NCBI GenBank assembly: GCA_963836235.1
Contig: CAWIIP010000002.1
Span: 1,472,001 to 1,536,000 of the forward strand
Origin: an uncultured Pseudomonadota bacterium
Lineage (GTDB): Bacteria > Oederibacteriota > Muellerivitia > Muellerivitales > Muellerivitaceae
Direction of reading: 5' to 3'
Length of the DNA: 64,000 bases
A model generated the notes under the pieces. It was not told where the DNA came from. It made no database searches and saw nothing but the letters and a program-made list of their open reading frames with translations. The number at the start of each line of letters is the position of its first letter. Position 1 is the first letter of the stretch. This document shows positions 17,754-27,443 of the stretch, one piece after another. A program made the translations under genes and the position numbers.

Positions 17754-17781
17754 CTAGATCTCCATATGGACAAGCTTCAAG

Positions 17782-18141
17782 TCAGTAAATTAAACCTGAA
17801 TGATCGTTTTTAAAATCTGTTGGAGAGTTTTTTTGATCGCTGGCGTGAAGACGGCCCATTTTTTGAATCACTAAATTCTTCTCAATCGTAGTCAAGATGG
17901 GCTTGAAAACGGAAGGCTTTAAAAGGCCTGCTCCTTTCCAGTGGGAAAGACTAGTTCCCCCAAACACGGTCGAAGCGGCGGGTTGGCTGGTTAAGGCCAG
18001 GATAATCAGGTCGGGGCGGGAAAGGTTGTAGGTTCTTGAGCTTATAACAACGGCAGGACGCTTCTTAACGGCGGTTTGGTTGGAGAAGGGAAAAGGAACG
18101 AGGAGAACATCTCCAAAATCATAGTTTGTCGTAGATGGCAT
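17782..18141 (-). CDS. mazF: PemK/MazF toxin with probable C-terminal frameshift
   Basis: GDVLLVPFPFS....KKRPAVVIS, GLLKPS; ATG 18141 overlaps the antitoxin end. Confidence 0.85.
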   Translation of the reverse strand: MPSTTNYDFGDVLLVPFPFSNQTAVKKRPAVVISSRTYNLSRPDLIILALTSQPAASTVFGGTSLSHWKGAGLLKPSVFKPILTTIEKNLVIQKMGRLHASDQKNSPTDFKNDHSGLIY

Positions 18142-18334
18142 CTTCGGGATTATCCCAGACCTTTGAAAAAGACTTTTCGGAAAGTTTAGAAGCGGCTTTG
18201 GCCAATTGCCTGTCGGAACCTTTGTGGCCAAGGAACTCCACGAAATTCTCAACTTCATTGATCTTGTCGGCGGGAAGAGCCTCGATTTTTTTGATGAGCG
18301 TTAAGACGTTTTTCTTGGTTCTCATGAAAATCAT
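18119..18334 (-). CDS. DUF2281-type antitoxin
   Basis: LP..K..EV.NFVEFL...LSE.SF.KVWDN.ED..YD.L, upstream of PemK. Confidence 0.8.
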   Translation of the reverse strand: MIFMRTKKNVLTLIKKIEALPADKINEVENFVEFLGHKGSDRQLAKAASKLSEKSFSKVWDNPEDAIYDKL

Positions 18335-18433
18335 TATACCTTTTTAACGGATAGTCCAAAAGTTGAAAAAATAAACCGCACGAAAATCGGCCACTTTGTT
18401 TACAACCGATTCTTTCGGCGATACTCATTCGAC

Positions 18434-18586
18434 TTACTTCTTAAAAAAGACAAAAAAATCATGAATGGCCCTTCCAGAGTTTCCTTTCTTGACGGGCTTA
18501 TGTGGAACGGTCTTAAAGCCAACCTCCACTAGCCATTTGGCATAGGTAGGATGATCGTCGTGGCTCCAAAATATTTTCGCTCCAAA
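18434..18586 (-). pseudogene. Orphan 3' fragment of the methyltransferase at 22700..23323
   Basis: Translates FGAKIFWSHDDHPTYAKWLVEVGFK...AIHDFFVFFKK*; 33/50 aa identical to the C-terminus of 22700..22852. Confidence 0.88.
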
Positions 18587-18695
18587 CATCGGGCCTGGGT
18601 CCAGTAAAAACCTTTATTTGAAGGCCTTTTCTTGGGGCCGCCGTGATTTTATGGGATAATTGGGTCTGAGATAAAACCACTTTTGAAAGCTACCC

Positions 18696-21600
18696 ATGCC
18701 CCTTTCCTTTCTCTTTACCGACATCGAGGACTCCACCGCCAAATGGGAAGCGGATCACCGCGCCATGAGCCGGGCCCTGCTTCAGCATGATCGGGTCTTG
18801 AATGAGGCGGTTCAGGCGGCGGGCGGGAGAATCGTCAAGCACACCGGCGACGGCATTTTCGCGGTTCTTTCCAGCGAGGATTCCTTAAGGTGCGCGCTGG
18901 ATATTCAGAAGCGCGTGGGGGCCTGCCACTGGGAGCCCTTTGCGGGTTTCCGAGTGCGCATTGGGCTGCACGCGGGCGAAGCCGAGGAGCGTAACGGGGA
19001 TTTTTTCGGGCCTGTCATCAATTGCGCGGCGCGGGTCATGTCCAAGGCGGGGGGCGGGCAGGTGTTGGCGACCCAGGAGGCGGTGCAGGAAGGGGCCTTG
19101 CCGGAGCAAGCCACGGCCGCCGACGTGGGGGTCTTCCGCCTGAAGGGCATCGAGAAGCCCCACCGGCTTTTTCAACTGCACCATCCCCAGATGGAACAGC
19201 GTGTTTTCCAACAGATCAAAAACGACGATGTCACCCTCTCCGGCCTGCCCACCGCCACCGAACAAATGCAAGGCCGCCAGAATGAGTTGAAGGAAGCCCT
19301 GGCATTATTTGAAAGCGGGCGGTTAGGCCTGCTGACCATAACGGGCCAGGCCGGGGTGGGCAAAACCCGCTTCGCGCTGGCCTTGGGCGAGCGCTTGAGT
19401 TCCCATTATCCCGATGGCACCTGCTTCATCGATTTGTCCACGGTCGACGGACGGGACACCCTGGGCAAAAGCGTAGCCCAGGCCCTGGGGCTGAACCTAC
19501 CCCATACGGAAGAAACCGATTTGGTGGTCTACCAATATCTGGCAGAGCGGCAGTTGCTCTTGATCCTCGATAATTTCGAACACCTGACCACCAAGGCGCT
19601 CTTCGTGGGCAGGCTCCTCAAGGCCGCGCCCTTCGTGACGGTCTTGGCCACCTCGCGGGTGCGGCTGAACCTGCCCGGGGAAAAAATCTTCAATCTCTTG
19701 GGCCTCTCCGTGGAGCCGGAAGGCGGGGCGCTGGAAATGGCCGTGGCGGTGGCGCTGGCCTCGGGACGGGCCTTGAACAAGGCCGAGCGCGCGACCCTGC
19801 GGGAAATTTGCGTTTTATTGGAAGGCAACGCCCAGGCCATCCGCCTGGCGGTGGCGCTTTGCGCCGAAATGGAGCCAGAATCCCTTCTGAATCTCCTGCG
19901 GGAAATTCTTAGCGAGATGGGCGGCGATCGTTCCCTGGAAATCAGCGCCGGATTGAAGGGCGCGTTCGAGGCCCATTGGTGCACCCTCGACAATGACACC
20001 CGGGGGGTTCTGGCGAGGCTTTCGGTTTTCCACGCTGGCTTTTCCACCGACGCGGCGAGGGCCGTGAGCCAGGCCACTGAGGATCAGCTGGCGCGCCTTG
20101 GCCGTCGGCACCTACTTTTATCCCTGGAGGGCCGCCATCACCTGCACGAGTCGGTACGCCAAATGGCCCTGGCCCAACTGCAATTGGACCCCGCCGCCCG
20201 CGAGGCCAGCTGGCGGGCCTACCGGCGTTATTACATGGGTTTCCTGCGCGAGCACGCCCTGGAACTGCAGGGTGGCCCCCGCAAGGTGGAGCTTTTGAAA
20301 ATCATGGACCGCGACTTCGCCAATATCAGCGAAGCCTGGCGGCTGGCTTGCGAGGCGGACGGGGTGGCGGAAATCACCGAAGGGTCGGAGTCGCTTTGCC
20401 AATATGTCGACTTCCGCCATATTTACCGGGAAGGCACGCGGCTTTACGGCATGGGCCTGCAAAAATTGGAAGCCCAGGGGCGAAGCCGGGCCCTCGCCGA
20501 GATGTATATTCGGCAGTCCAACTGCCTGACTTTCCTGGGCCGCCTGGAGGAGGCGGACCATCTGCAGGCCATGGCCCTGGACTATTATCAGGCTGAGGGG
20601 AACCGCGAGAAGGAAGCCGCCACCTTCACCTTGATGGCCCAAGTGGCCAGTTCCCGGGGGGATTTCGCCGCCCAAATCCGCAACGCCTCCCAGGCGCTGG
20701 ATATCTGGCTTCAGTTGAAGGACGCCAAGGGCCAGGCCTGGGCCATGACCTATCTCTGCCAGGGTCATTTCCGGCGGGGCGAGTACAAGCCGGCGAAAGT
20801 CCGGGGAGAAGCGGCGGTCAAAATTTATGAGGCGGCGGGGGACATTTCGGGCCAGCTTTGGTCCATGAGCATCCTGGCCGAGGACATCTTCATGCTCGGG
20901 GAGATCAACGAAGCCCGGGCCCTTTGCTACAAAAGCCTGGAACTGGCCCGCCCCCTGGAGGAGCTTTGGGCCCTTGCCCGCACCAACAACATGCTGGCCC
21001 GTATCGCCGAGCTTCAAAGCGAATACCGGGAAGCCCGCCATTACCTCAAGGCCTGCAAGAAATATTTCATGCGCCTGGGGCTTGACCCGCAGATGGCCTT
21101 CAACCTGCGAAACCTCAGTGTGGAAATCCAGCTGGCGCTGGGGGACTACGCCGAGGCCGAGCGACTGCTGAGCGAATCCCTCGACACCAAGAACGCCCCC
21201 GAAAGCCGGATCGACCTAACCTGGCCCCTCAACCTCTTGGCCCAGTTGCGGCTGCAACAGGGCGATTTCAAGGGCGCCGCCGACATTTGCGACCAGGGTT
21301 TGAAGGAAGGAACTATGTACGCCGACGGCGGTTCCTGGTTCAAGGAAAACCTAGCGATAGTGCTGGCCGCCCTGGGCGAATATCCCCGCGCCTTGGACCT
21401 GACCCGGGAAAGCCTGCGGCAATCCATCCAAGCGGACTTTCCGCGAGGCCAGGCCTGGGGCCATATCCGGCTGGCGTCCGTCCTGGTGCCCTTGGGAAAA
21501 CTGGAGGAGGCCCGGGTGGCTTTGGATACGGCGCGAAAACTTCACGCCCAGCTGGGCGAGCCCCACGGCATGGCTTCCAACGACCTGCTGTTGGCCAAGA

Positions 21601-22058
21601 TCGAGCGCCTGGAGGGAAAGGTGCCGTCCGCCCTGCGCCTAGCCGCCCGGGGCCGGGACACCTACGCTAATTTAGGCATGCCCCGAAGCCTGGCCCTGGC
21701 CCACCTGGAACTGGGAAGCGCTTTGGCCGCCGCCGGGGACAAGGACCTGGCCGCCGAGCATTTTTCCACGGCCTTCAAGACCGCCGCCAAAGTAGAAGCC
21801 CTTCCCGTGGCCATGGCCGCCCTTCAGCGCCTGGCGGTGGTGAAAGCGGCCCGGGGAGAACCGTCTTTAGCGGTGCAGGCCCTCTTCGCGGTAGTGGAGG
21901 AGGAGGCTTGCGACGCCGAAACCCGCGAAACCGCCCAGCGTGAATTGGACAGCCTAACCCAGGCCCTGCCGAAGGAGGTTTTGGAGGAGGCCCGCCAAAA
22001 GGCCCGGGAACTGGGATGGAAAAAAACGGGAGAGTTGTTGGGCGTTGTTTTTGAGTGA
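18696..22058 (+). CDS. Class III adenylate cyclase fused to STAND/NB-ARC NTPase and TPR repeats
   Basis: FLFTDIEDST, KHTGDG, RIGLHAG, DFFGPVINCAAR; Walker A GQAGVGKT, LLILDNFEH, LATSR; TPR array. Confidence 0.9.
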   Translation: MPLSFLFTDIEDSTAKWEADHRAMSRALLQHDRVLNEAVQAAGGRIVKHTGDGIFAVLSSEDSLRCALDIQKRVGACHWEPFAGFRVRIGLHAGEAEERNGDFFGPVINCAARVMSKAGGGQVLATQEAVQEGALPEQATAADVGVFRLKGIEKPHRLFQLHHPQMEQRVFQQIKNDDVTLSGLPTATEQMQGRQNELKEALALFESGRLGLLTITGQAGVGKTRFALALGERLSSHYPDGTCFIDLSTVDGRDTLGKSVAQALGLNLPHTEETDLVVYQYLAERQLLLILDNFEHLTTKALFVGRLLKAAPFVTVLATSRVRLNLPGEKIFNLLGLSVEPEGGALEMAVAVALASGRALNKAERATLREICVLLEGNAQAIRLAVALCAEMEPESLLNLLREILSEMGGDRSLEISAGLKGAFEAHWCTLDNDTRGVLARLSVFHAGFSTDAARAVSQATEDQLARLGRRHLLLSLEGRHHLHESVRQMALAQLQLDPAAREASWRAYRRYYMGFLREHALELQGGPRKVELLKIMDRDFANISEAWRLACEADGVAEITEGSESLCQYVDFRHIYREGTRLYGMGLQKLEAQGRSRALAEMYIRQSNCLTFLGRLEEADHLQAMALDYYQAEGNREKEAATFTLMAQVASSRGDFAAQIRNASQALDIWLQLKDAKGQAWAMTYLCQGHFRRGEYKPAKVRGEAAVKIYEAAGDISGQLWSMSILAEDIFMLGEINEARALCYKSLELARPLEELWALARTNNMLARIAELQSEYREARHYLKACKKYFMRLGLDPQMAFNLRNLSVEIQLALGDYAEAERLLSESLDTKNAPESRIDLTWPLNLLAQLRLQQGDFKGAADICDQGLKEGTMYADGGSWFKENLAIVLAALGEYPRALDLTRESLRQSIQADFPRGQAWGHIRLASVLVPLGKLEEARVALDTARKLHAQLGEPHGMASNDLLLAKIERLEGKVPSALRLAARGRDTYANLGMPRSLALAHLELGSALAAAGDKDLAAEHFSTAFKTAAKVEALPVAMAALQRLAVVKAARGEPSLAVQALFAVVEEEACDAETRETAQRELDSLTQALPKEVLEEARQKARELGWKKTGELLGVVFE

Positions 22059-22107
22059 GGTTTATAAAACCGTAACCGCAGGGACCTAGCGGGCCTTTAA
22101 ATTTCTT

Positions 22108-22644
22108 TTAAAGGCCATAACGTAAATCCAAAACCAAACCATTATTTTGGGGAGACAGATTCCAAGTCACCGAAGGGGATTGCTTCGTCACGCGGTTATA
22201 GCGTTGGACGGCGGTGTACTTGGCGGTTCCCGCCTCCAATTCCAGAAGCCCGCCCGCAACCCCCAAGACCGCCCCTGGAATGGCAATGGGCAAATAGGGA
22301 GTGGAAATATCCAGGCCCACCACATAGATGTGGGTGTTGGGAAAGAAAAGGGAAAGAACCGATAGGGCCACCGAACCGCCCAAGCCAAAAAACCCCAGGG
22401 TTTCATCCGACTCGGATTTACTCAAGAGGGAGCTGGCTTGCGGGTCGCTAATAGAATCAATCGCGTTTTTCAACTGCGGCCCGGAAAGCACCTTGTCGTT
22501 TTGCAAATATTGCATCCCGCCCAGGGTGGTCCAGTGGGTTTGGATGGGGGAATAGGTTGGAGTGGAATCGGGGGAGGCATCTTCCGCCCAAGCCACCGGC
22601 ACCAACGAAGAAATTAAAAAAACCGCGAGAAAAAACCGGATCAT
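22108..22644 (-). CDS. Secreted/membrane hypothetical protein
   Basis: Signal peptide (AWA), hydrophobic hairpin, AV..YN. Confidence 0.6.
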   Translation of the reverse strand: MIRFFLAVFLISSLVPVAWAEDASPDSTPTYSPIQTHWTTLGGMQYLQNDKVLSGPQLKNAIDSISDPQASSLLSKSESDETLGFFGLGGSVALSVLSLFFPNTHIYVVGLDISTPYLPIAIPGAVLGVAGGLLELEAGTAKYTAVQRYNRVTKQSPSVTWNLSPQNNGLVLDLRYGL

Positions 22645-22699
22645 GAAAGTCCTCTCATTAATTCGAAGCGTGTTTTAAATTCACGCCGACCATTATCTT

Positions 22700-23323
22700 T
22701 TATTTCTTGAGACAAAAGAATAAATCATGAATGGCCTTCCCTGATTTTCCTTCTTTAACGGGCTTATGCCGAACGATCTTGAAGCCCGTTTCCTCAAGCC
22801 ATTGGGTATAGGTTTCATGGTCGGCGTGGCTCCAAAACATCTCGGCGCCGAACCAATTTTTTTCCCGGCCGGTCCAGCGGCCATGGCCGAGCATGGCGGC
22901 AAAGGCCCCGCCCGGCTTGAGCCAGCGGCAAATACGCCGCAACAAGGGGCGTTGTTCCTTCATGGGCAAGTGGATGATCGAATAAAAGCTGACGACGGCA
23001 TCAAAGCTTTCCGCCGGAAATCTTAGCTGGGTCATGTCCGCCCGCCGGAACCGGCCCTGGGGCACCAGCTTTTTCGCGCGACGGATTTGGACGTCCGAAA
23101 TGTCCACACCCAAGTAAGAATGGTTCCGGGCGAAATATTGAGCCGCCGGGACACCCATCCCGCAACCCAGCTCTAAAACCTTCCCGCCCTTTTCCGATCG
23201 CCGTCCGACCCAAGCCAGCCAAGGAAGCATGTTCTTGGCGTCCTCGCCCCGGCCTTGGTCGTCACGGTAACGAAAGGAAATGCGGTTATAACCTTTTCGA
23301 ACCGTTTGCTTGGAACCGGGCAT
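22700..23323 (-). CDS. Class I SAM-dependent methyltransferase
   Basis: VLELGCGMG, GVDIS, ADM, FDAVVSFYSIIH, WLKPGG, MFWSH. Confidence 0.92.
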   Translation of the reverse strand: MPGSKQTVRKGYNRISFRYRDDQGRGEDAKNMLPWLAWVGRRSEKGGKVLELGCGMGVPAAQYFARNHSYLGVDISDVQIRRAKKLVPQGRFRRADMTQLRFPAESFDAVVSFYSIIHLPMKEQRPLLRRICRWLKPGGAFAAMLGHGRWTGREKNWFGAEMFWSHADHETYTQWLEETGFKIVRHKPVKEGKSGKAIHDLFFCLKK

Positions 23324-23350
23324 GGGAACTCCTGGGTAGGTTTTGTCTCT

Positions 23351-25948
23351 TTATCGGACCAACAAAACCCTGGCCTGGTGGACACCCGTGGGTTCGACCA
23401 GCCGAAGGATATAGGTGCCGCTGGCCACCAGATCACCGTACTTATTTTTTCCGTCCCAAGTGAGCTGAAACGATCCCGCCGGTTGATTGGCGTAATTACC
23501 CAGGGTTCGGATGTGCTCACCGGCCGAGTTGTACACCATCACCGAACAGGCGCCCGGAAAGCAAAGGAAGGAGGTTAAAGTCAGGGGCTGGCCGGCTTGC
23601 GGGGTAAAAAGGTTCAGCGAAGCGGAAAGTCCGCTTTGGCAGATGGGGGTGGGGCTGAAAGTCGGTGTAAAGGTGAGTGTCGGTGTGGGACTGATGGTGG
23701 GGGTGGGCGTATTGACGGCGAACTTCATGACGAAGGCATCCTCCGTTCCTCCCCCGTAATTCACTTGAAAGGCTCCGGCCGTGGTCGGAAAATTTCCGCT
23801 GGTATAACCCGTTAAATAAATGTTTTCCGAAGGGTCCAGGGCCACTTTGTAACTGGAGTCTTCCCCTGATCCCCCCAAATAAGTGGAATAAATTAAAGCC
23901 GTTCCCAGGGGATTGAAAATGGTCATAAAACCATCATAGGTCCCGCCGCCATAAACCGTCTGGTAGGCGCCGGCGGTGGTCGGAAAACTTCCCGAGGTCA
24001 AACCAGTCGCATAGACGTTCCCCGCGGGATCCACGGCGATACCGCCCCCTTCGGTAATGCCCCCTCCACCCAAGTAAGTCGAAAAAATAAGGGCTGTTCC
24101 GTTGGGATTCAATTTGGTAACGAAAACTTCCACGCCACCCGGGAAAACCGTCTCATAGGCACCGGCGGTGGTGGGGAAGTTTCCACCCGTGGAACCAATG
24201 ATGTAAGCGTCTCCGGCGGCGTCCAACGCGATGCCATAAGACGCGTCGTTATTGTTTTCCCCCAGGTAGGTGGAATAGACCAAGGCGCTTCCGGCCGGGT
24301 TCAACTCAGTGACAAAAACGTCCCAACTACTCGTGGCTCCATAAACGGTCTGATAGGCTCCCGGCGTGAGGGGGAAATCCGGGCTGGTCGTGGGACCTGT
24401 GATATAAACGTTTCCGGCGGCATTCACCGCAATGGCTTCCGCCATATCGTTGCCGCTTCCCCCGACATAGGTGGAATAAAGCAACGCGCTTCCAGCGGGG
24501 TTTAATTTGGTGACGAAAGAGGACTGAACACCCGCGGCAACAGTCTGAAAAGCGCCGGGCGTGACGGGAAAAGATCCAGTGAAATAGCCGGTGACATAAG
24601 CGTTTCCCGCCCCGTCCACCGCGATGCCGTTGGCCTGCTCGTTGCCGCTTCCCCCCAGGTAGGTCGAATAAACTAGGGCATTTCCGGCGGGATTCAGTTT
24701 GGCCACGAAAGCATCGGAGGTCCCGCCGCCGAAAACCGTTTGATAGGCTCCGCCCGTGGTGGGGAAGTTAGAGCTATCCGTTGCGCCCGTCACATAGGCA
24801 TTCCCGGCGCCATCGATGGCGACGCCAAAGCCATCATCTTCTCCATTTCCACCGAGATAGGTTGAATAAACCACCGCGCTTCCCGTGGGGTTTAACTTCG
24901 TCACGAAGGCATCCGAGGTTCCACCTTTAAAGGCTGTTTGGAAGGCTCCCCCTGTGGTTGGAAAGTTGGGGCTGTCGGTGGTACCTGTCACGTAAGCGTT
25001 ACCCAAAGCGTCGGCCACGATATCCATGCCATTATCATCCCCGCTGCCGCCCAGATATGTGGAATAGGCCAGGATCGGGTCGATCACCAAGGGCTTAGCC
25101 CGGTCATAATTTTGAACCTCAAAACCCGCCTCGTCCCGGCCGAGCTTCACGAACTTTCCCTGGATTTTCGTTCCCTCACCTTTCTCAACCTGGTAAACCG
25201 CCGGAACCTGAAAGGTGAGGGCGCCGGTTTTAGTTTGAAGCACCAAAGCGCCGCGAGAGTCGACCTTCACGAGTTTCGCCCCGGTGAACTTCAGCCGAAT
25301 GGCTTTCGGGTCCGCCCCCGGTTTCACCCAGAAGTCATACTCCAGCTTCCTTTGGTCGCCGTAGTAAAGCATATCGACGCCGGGATAAAGTTCCTCCATC
25401 TTGACCTGGGCGTACTGGGCCACGCCCTTTCGCCAATGGTCCGGGTTATTGCCGATGAAATAGTTGGATTTGCCTTTTAGTTCTTCCAGCCCCTCCATGC
25501 GGCATAAGCGGTTTGCGCCTTGAAAGCGCATCCGAATAACACCGGAGGGGGATGTTTGTAAAGAAGCGGTTTTTTGATGGTGGTGGCCAGCCGAAAAACT
25601 TTTGGACGGTGTGGAGCGAAAACGGAGGACAGCCTCCGCCGGGGTCAGGAACAAATGATAGTCCCGGCCCTTGGCCAGGAACCGCACCGAGGGATCGGTC
25701 TGGCCCTCGTTTTTTTCGAAGCTCATCGGCAAGTCCCCATAAGCCCGGAAAATCCTCTTGCGGGCCTGGATGTCGGGCCTAAAAGACGAACCCTTGGGCG
25801 AAGGGGATGAGGAAACCGGGAGGCGGTCCAGGGAAAAGGCGAGGAGACCGGCGGGTTGGGCCAGAAAACAAGACAATAGGCATCGCAAAAGTAATTGAAA
25901 GCGTTTGGGGGCCTTGATTAGAAAAAAGGAAGGTAGGTCTAGCGGCAT
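23351..25948 (-). CDS. Secreted SBBP beta-propeller protein with PT linker and FlgD-like Ig tail
   Basis: FEKNEGQ N-domain, YF.GN...W, repeated YSTYLGGSG.D....IAVD..GNAYVTG, tail VYNSAGE.IR.L...WDGKN..G..VASG.Y. Confidence 0.9.
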   Translation of the reverse strand: MPLDLPSFFLIKAPKRFQLLLRCLLSCFLAQPAGLLAFSLDRLPVSSSPSPKGSSFRPDIQARKRIFRAYGDLPMSFEKNEGQTDPSVRFLAKGRDYHLFLTPAEAVLRFRSTPSKSFSAGHHHQKTASLQTSPSGVIRMRFQGANRLCRMEGLEELKGKSNYFIGNNPDHWRKGVAQYAQVKMEELYPGVDMLYYGDQRKLEYDFWVKPGADPKAIRLKFTGAKLVKVDSRGALVLQTKTGALTFQVPAVYQVEKGEGTKIQGKFVKLGRDEAGFEVQNYDRAKPLVIDPILAYSTYLGGSGDDNGMDIVADALGNAYVTGTTDSPNFPTTGGAFQTAFKGGTSDAFVTKLNPTGSAVVYSTYLGGNGEDDGFGVAIDGAGNAYVTGATDSSNFPTTGGAYQTVFGGGTSDAFVAKLNPAGNALVYSTYLGGSGNEQANGIAVDGAGNAYVTGYFTGSFPVTPGAFQTVAAGVQSSFVTKLNPAGSALLYSTYVGGSGNDMAEAIAVNAAGNVYITGPTTSPDFPLTPGAYQTVYGATSSWDVFVTELNPAGSALVYSTYLGENNNDASYGIALDAAGDAYIIGSTGGNFPTTAGAYETVFPGGVEVFVTKLNPNGTALIFSTYLGGGGITEGGGIAVDPAGNVYATGLTSGSFPTTAGAYQTVYGGGTYDGFMTIFNPLGTALIYSTYLGGSGEDSSYKVALDPSENIYLTGYTSGNFPTTAGAFQVNYGGGTEDAFVMKFAVNTPTPTISPTPTLTFTPTFSPTPICQSGLSASLNLFTPQAGQPLTLTSFLCFPGACSVMVYNSAGEHIRTLGNYANQPAGSFQLTWDGKNKYGDLVASGTYILRLVEPTGVHQARVLLVR

Positions 25949-26119
25949 TCAAATATCCTTACATGGAATAGATGAAGAGATAGAGCTTTCAAATTTACCA
26001 CGAAAGGGCGGCTTTAGGCCTTTTACCGAGAATTCCCGTTCCGCGCTTTTGGCTCTAAGGCTTAAAAACGTTATGGGATGGCTATTTTACCAGGCACGCG
26101 AAAGAGCGCTCCATAGAAC

Positions 26120-26150
26120 TTGAACCTCACGTTACGTGAGGTCTTATACT
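26120..26150 (+). promoter_or_regulatory. MerR-type promoter/operator
   Basis: TTGAAC-N19-TATACT with ACCTCACG-TTA-CGTGAGGT palindrome in the spacer. Confidence 0.9.
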
Positions 26151-26157
26151 TACTCGC

Positions 26158-26895
26158 ATGGGTATTCGAATCTGGAAAGTCGGGGAGCTGGGGAGGATCA
26201 CGGGCCTCAGCATCCGGACCCTTCACTATTACGAGGGGATGGGGCTTTTAATCCCATCGGGCCGCACGGACTCGGGCCATCGGGTCTATGGCGAGAAAGA
26301 CCTGGTGCGGCTTCAACAAATTCTTTCGCTTAAACAGCTGGGTTTTCCGCTGGAAGACATCAAGAGCTGTCTTAACGAGGAAAAGATGTTCCCGGTCCAG
26401 ATCGTTCGGGCGCACAAAAAGCGAATCGAGGAGGAAAAAGCGAGGATAGAAAATCTGTATGGGCTCCTTTCCAGCCTGGAAAAGGCTTTGGCGGCAAAGG
26501 AGAAAATTTCAATTGATGAGGTGATTAAAACCATGGAAGCGATCACGATGTATGAAAAATATTTCACGAAAGAACAGCTTGATAAACTTTCCAAGATCAG
26601 GAAGTCCCTGGGCGATAAAAAATTAAAAGACCTTAGGGACCAATGGCCCAAGCTCATCAAGGCCGTGCGGGCTGAAATGAAGCGGGAAACCCATCCGAAC
26701 GATCGGAAGGTCCAAAAACTGGCGAAGCAATGGAGAAAGCTCAGTGACACCACTACAGGCGGGGATATTGACCTAAGCTTGGGGTTCGCGGAAATGTATA
26801 GAAAAGAACCCCAGGCTTTAAAAAGGTTGGGTATCGAACCGAAGCTTCGAGAATATGTGGGGAAAATGTTGTTCTGCTTTTATAGAAACAAATGA
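26158..26895 (+). CDS. MerR family regulator with TipAS-like domain
   Basis: WKVGEL....G.SIRTLHYYE..GLL.PS.RT.SGHR.Y; C-terminal P....VQ.LA..W...GGD. Confidence 0.92.
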   Translation: MGIRIWKVGELGRITGLSIRTLHYYEGMGLLIPSGRTDSGHRVYGEKDLVRLQQILSLKQLGFPLEDIKSCLNEEKMFPVQIVRAHKKRIEEEKARIENLYGLLSSLEKALAAKEKISIDEVIKTMEAITMYEKYFTKEQLDKLSKIRKSLGDKKLKDLRDQWPKLIKAVRAEMKRETHPNDRKVQKLAKQWRKLSDTTTGGDIDLSLGFAEMYRKEPQALKRLGIEPKLREYVGKMLFCFYRNK

Positions 26896-26987
26896 AGTGT
26901 GGATGGCCTAAAAGAATGGCTCCCCATTCCGTACGATTTGCGAACCATTAAATTTGCGATAATTTGATAACTATTACCGTTCGGCGA

Positions 26988-27443
26988 TTACTTATTGTCA
27001 AGATTCACGACTTTTGTGATTTCAACAGAATCCACGCAAACCTCTTGCATAACTCCAGGTTCAGACTTGGTTAAGGGGCAAACCGTGAATTTACCGTAAA
27101 CTTCAACGCTGAAATTGTTGTTTATTGCTTTTTTAAAATTTTCAGGGATGCAAGGCTCTTCGCCCGTGGTTTCGTTAAAAGTTTCGTGAACGCCCAAAAT
27201 TCTTTTAGTGCCGATTCTCCAAATTCTTAAAGAAGGATTACCGTTATACAAAGAAGCGCGACCTTTAAATGTGAAACAACCGCTAACAATTCCTTCGAGA
27301 TTGTTACATGGCTTTTTGGGCTCAATTTTTTTTGTTTGAATTGATTCTGTCGGCATTCTTGTCGTTTCAGGATTTTCACCAAAACTATTAGCATTTACTA
27401 ACATCAAAGAAACATTAATCAGAACCACTATCGCTAATTTCAC
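26988..27443 (-). CDS. AT-rich secreted hypothetical protein
   Basis: Signal peptide; C...GR...YNG.P..RIW..GTKR.LG; VCPLT...PG.MQ.VC. Confidence 0.7.
   Translation of the reverse strand: MKLAIVVLINVSLMLVNANSFGENPETTRMPTESIQTKKIEPKKPCNNLEGIVSGCFTFKGRASLYNGNPSLRIWRIGTKRILGVHETFNETTGEEPCIPENFKKAINNNFSVEVYGKFTVCPLTKSEPGVMQEVCVDSVEITKVVNLDNK

Noticed and set aside
23700-25080. Internal DNA repeats in the SBBP gene and TPT tracts as mobile repeats
   Set aside because: Explained by protein repeat units and low-complexity linkers
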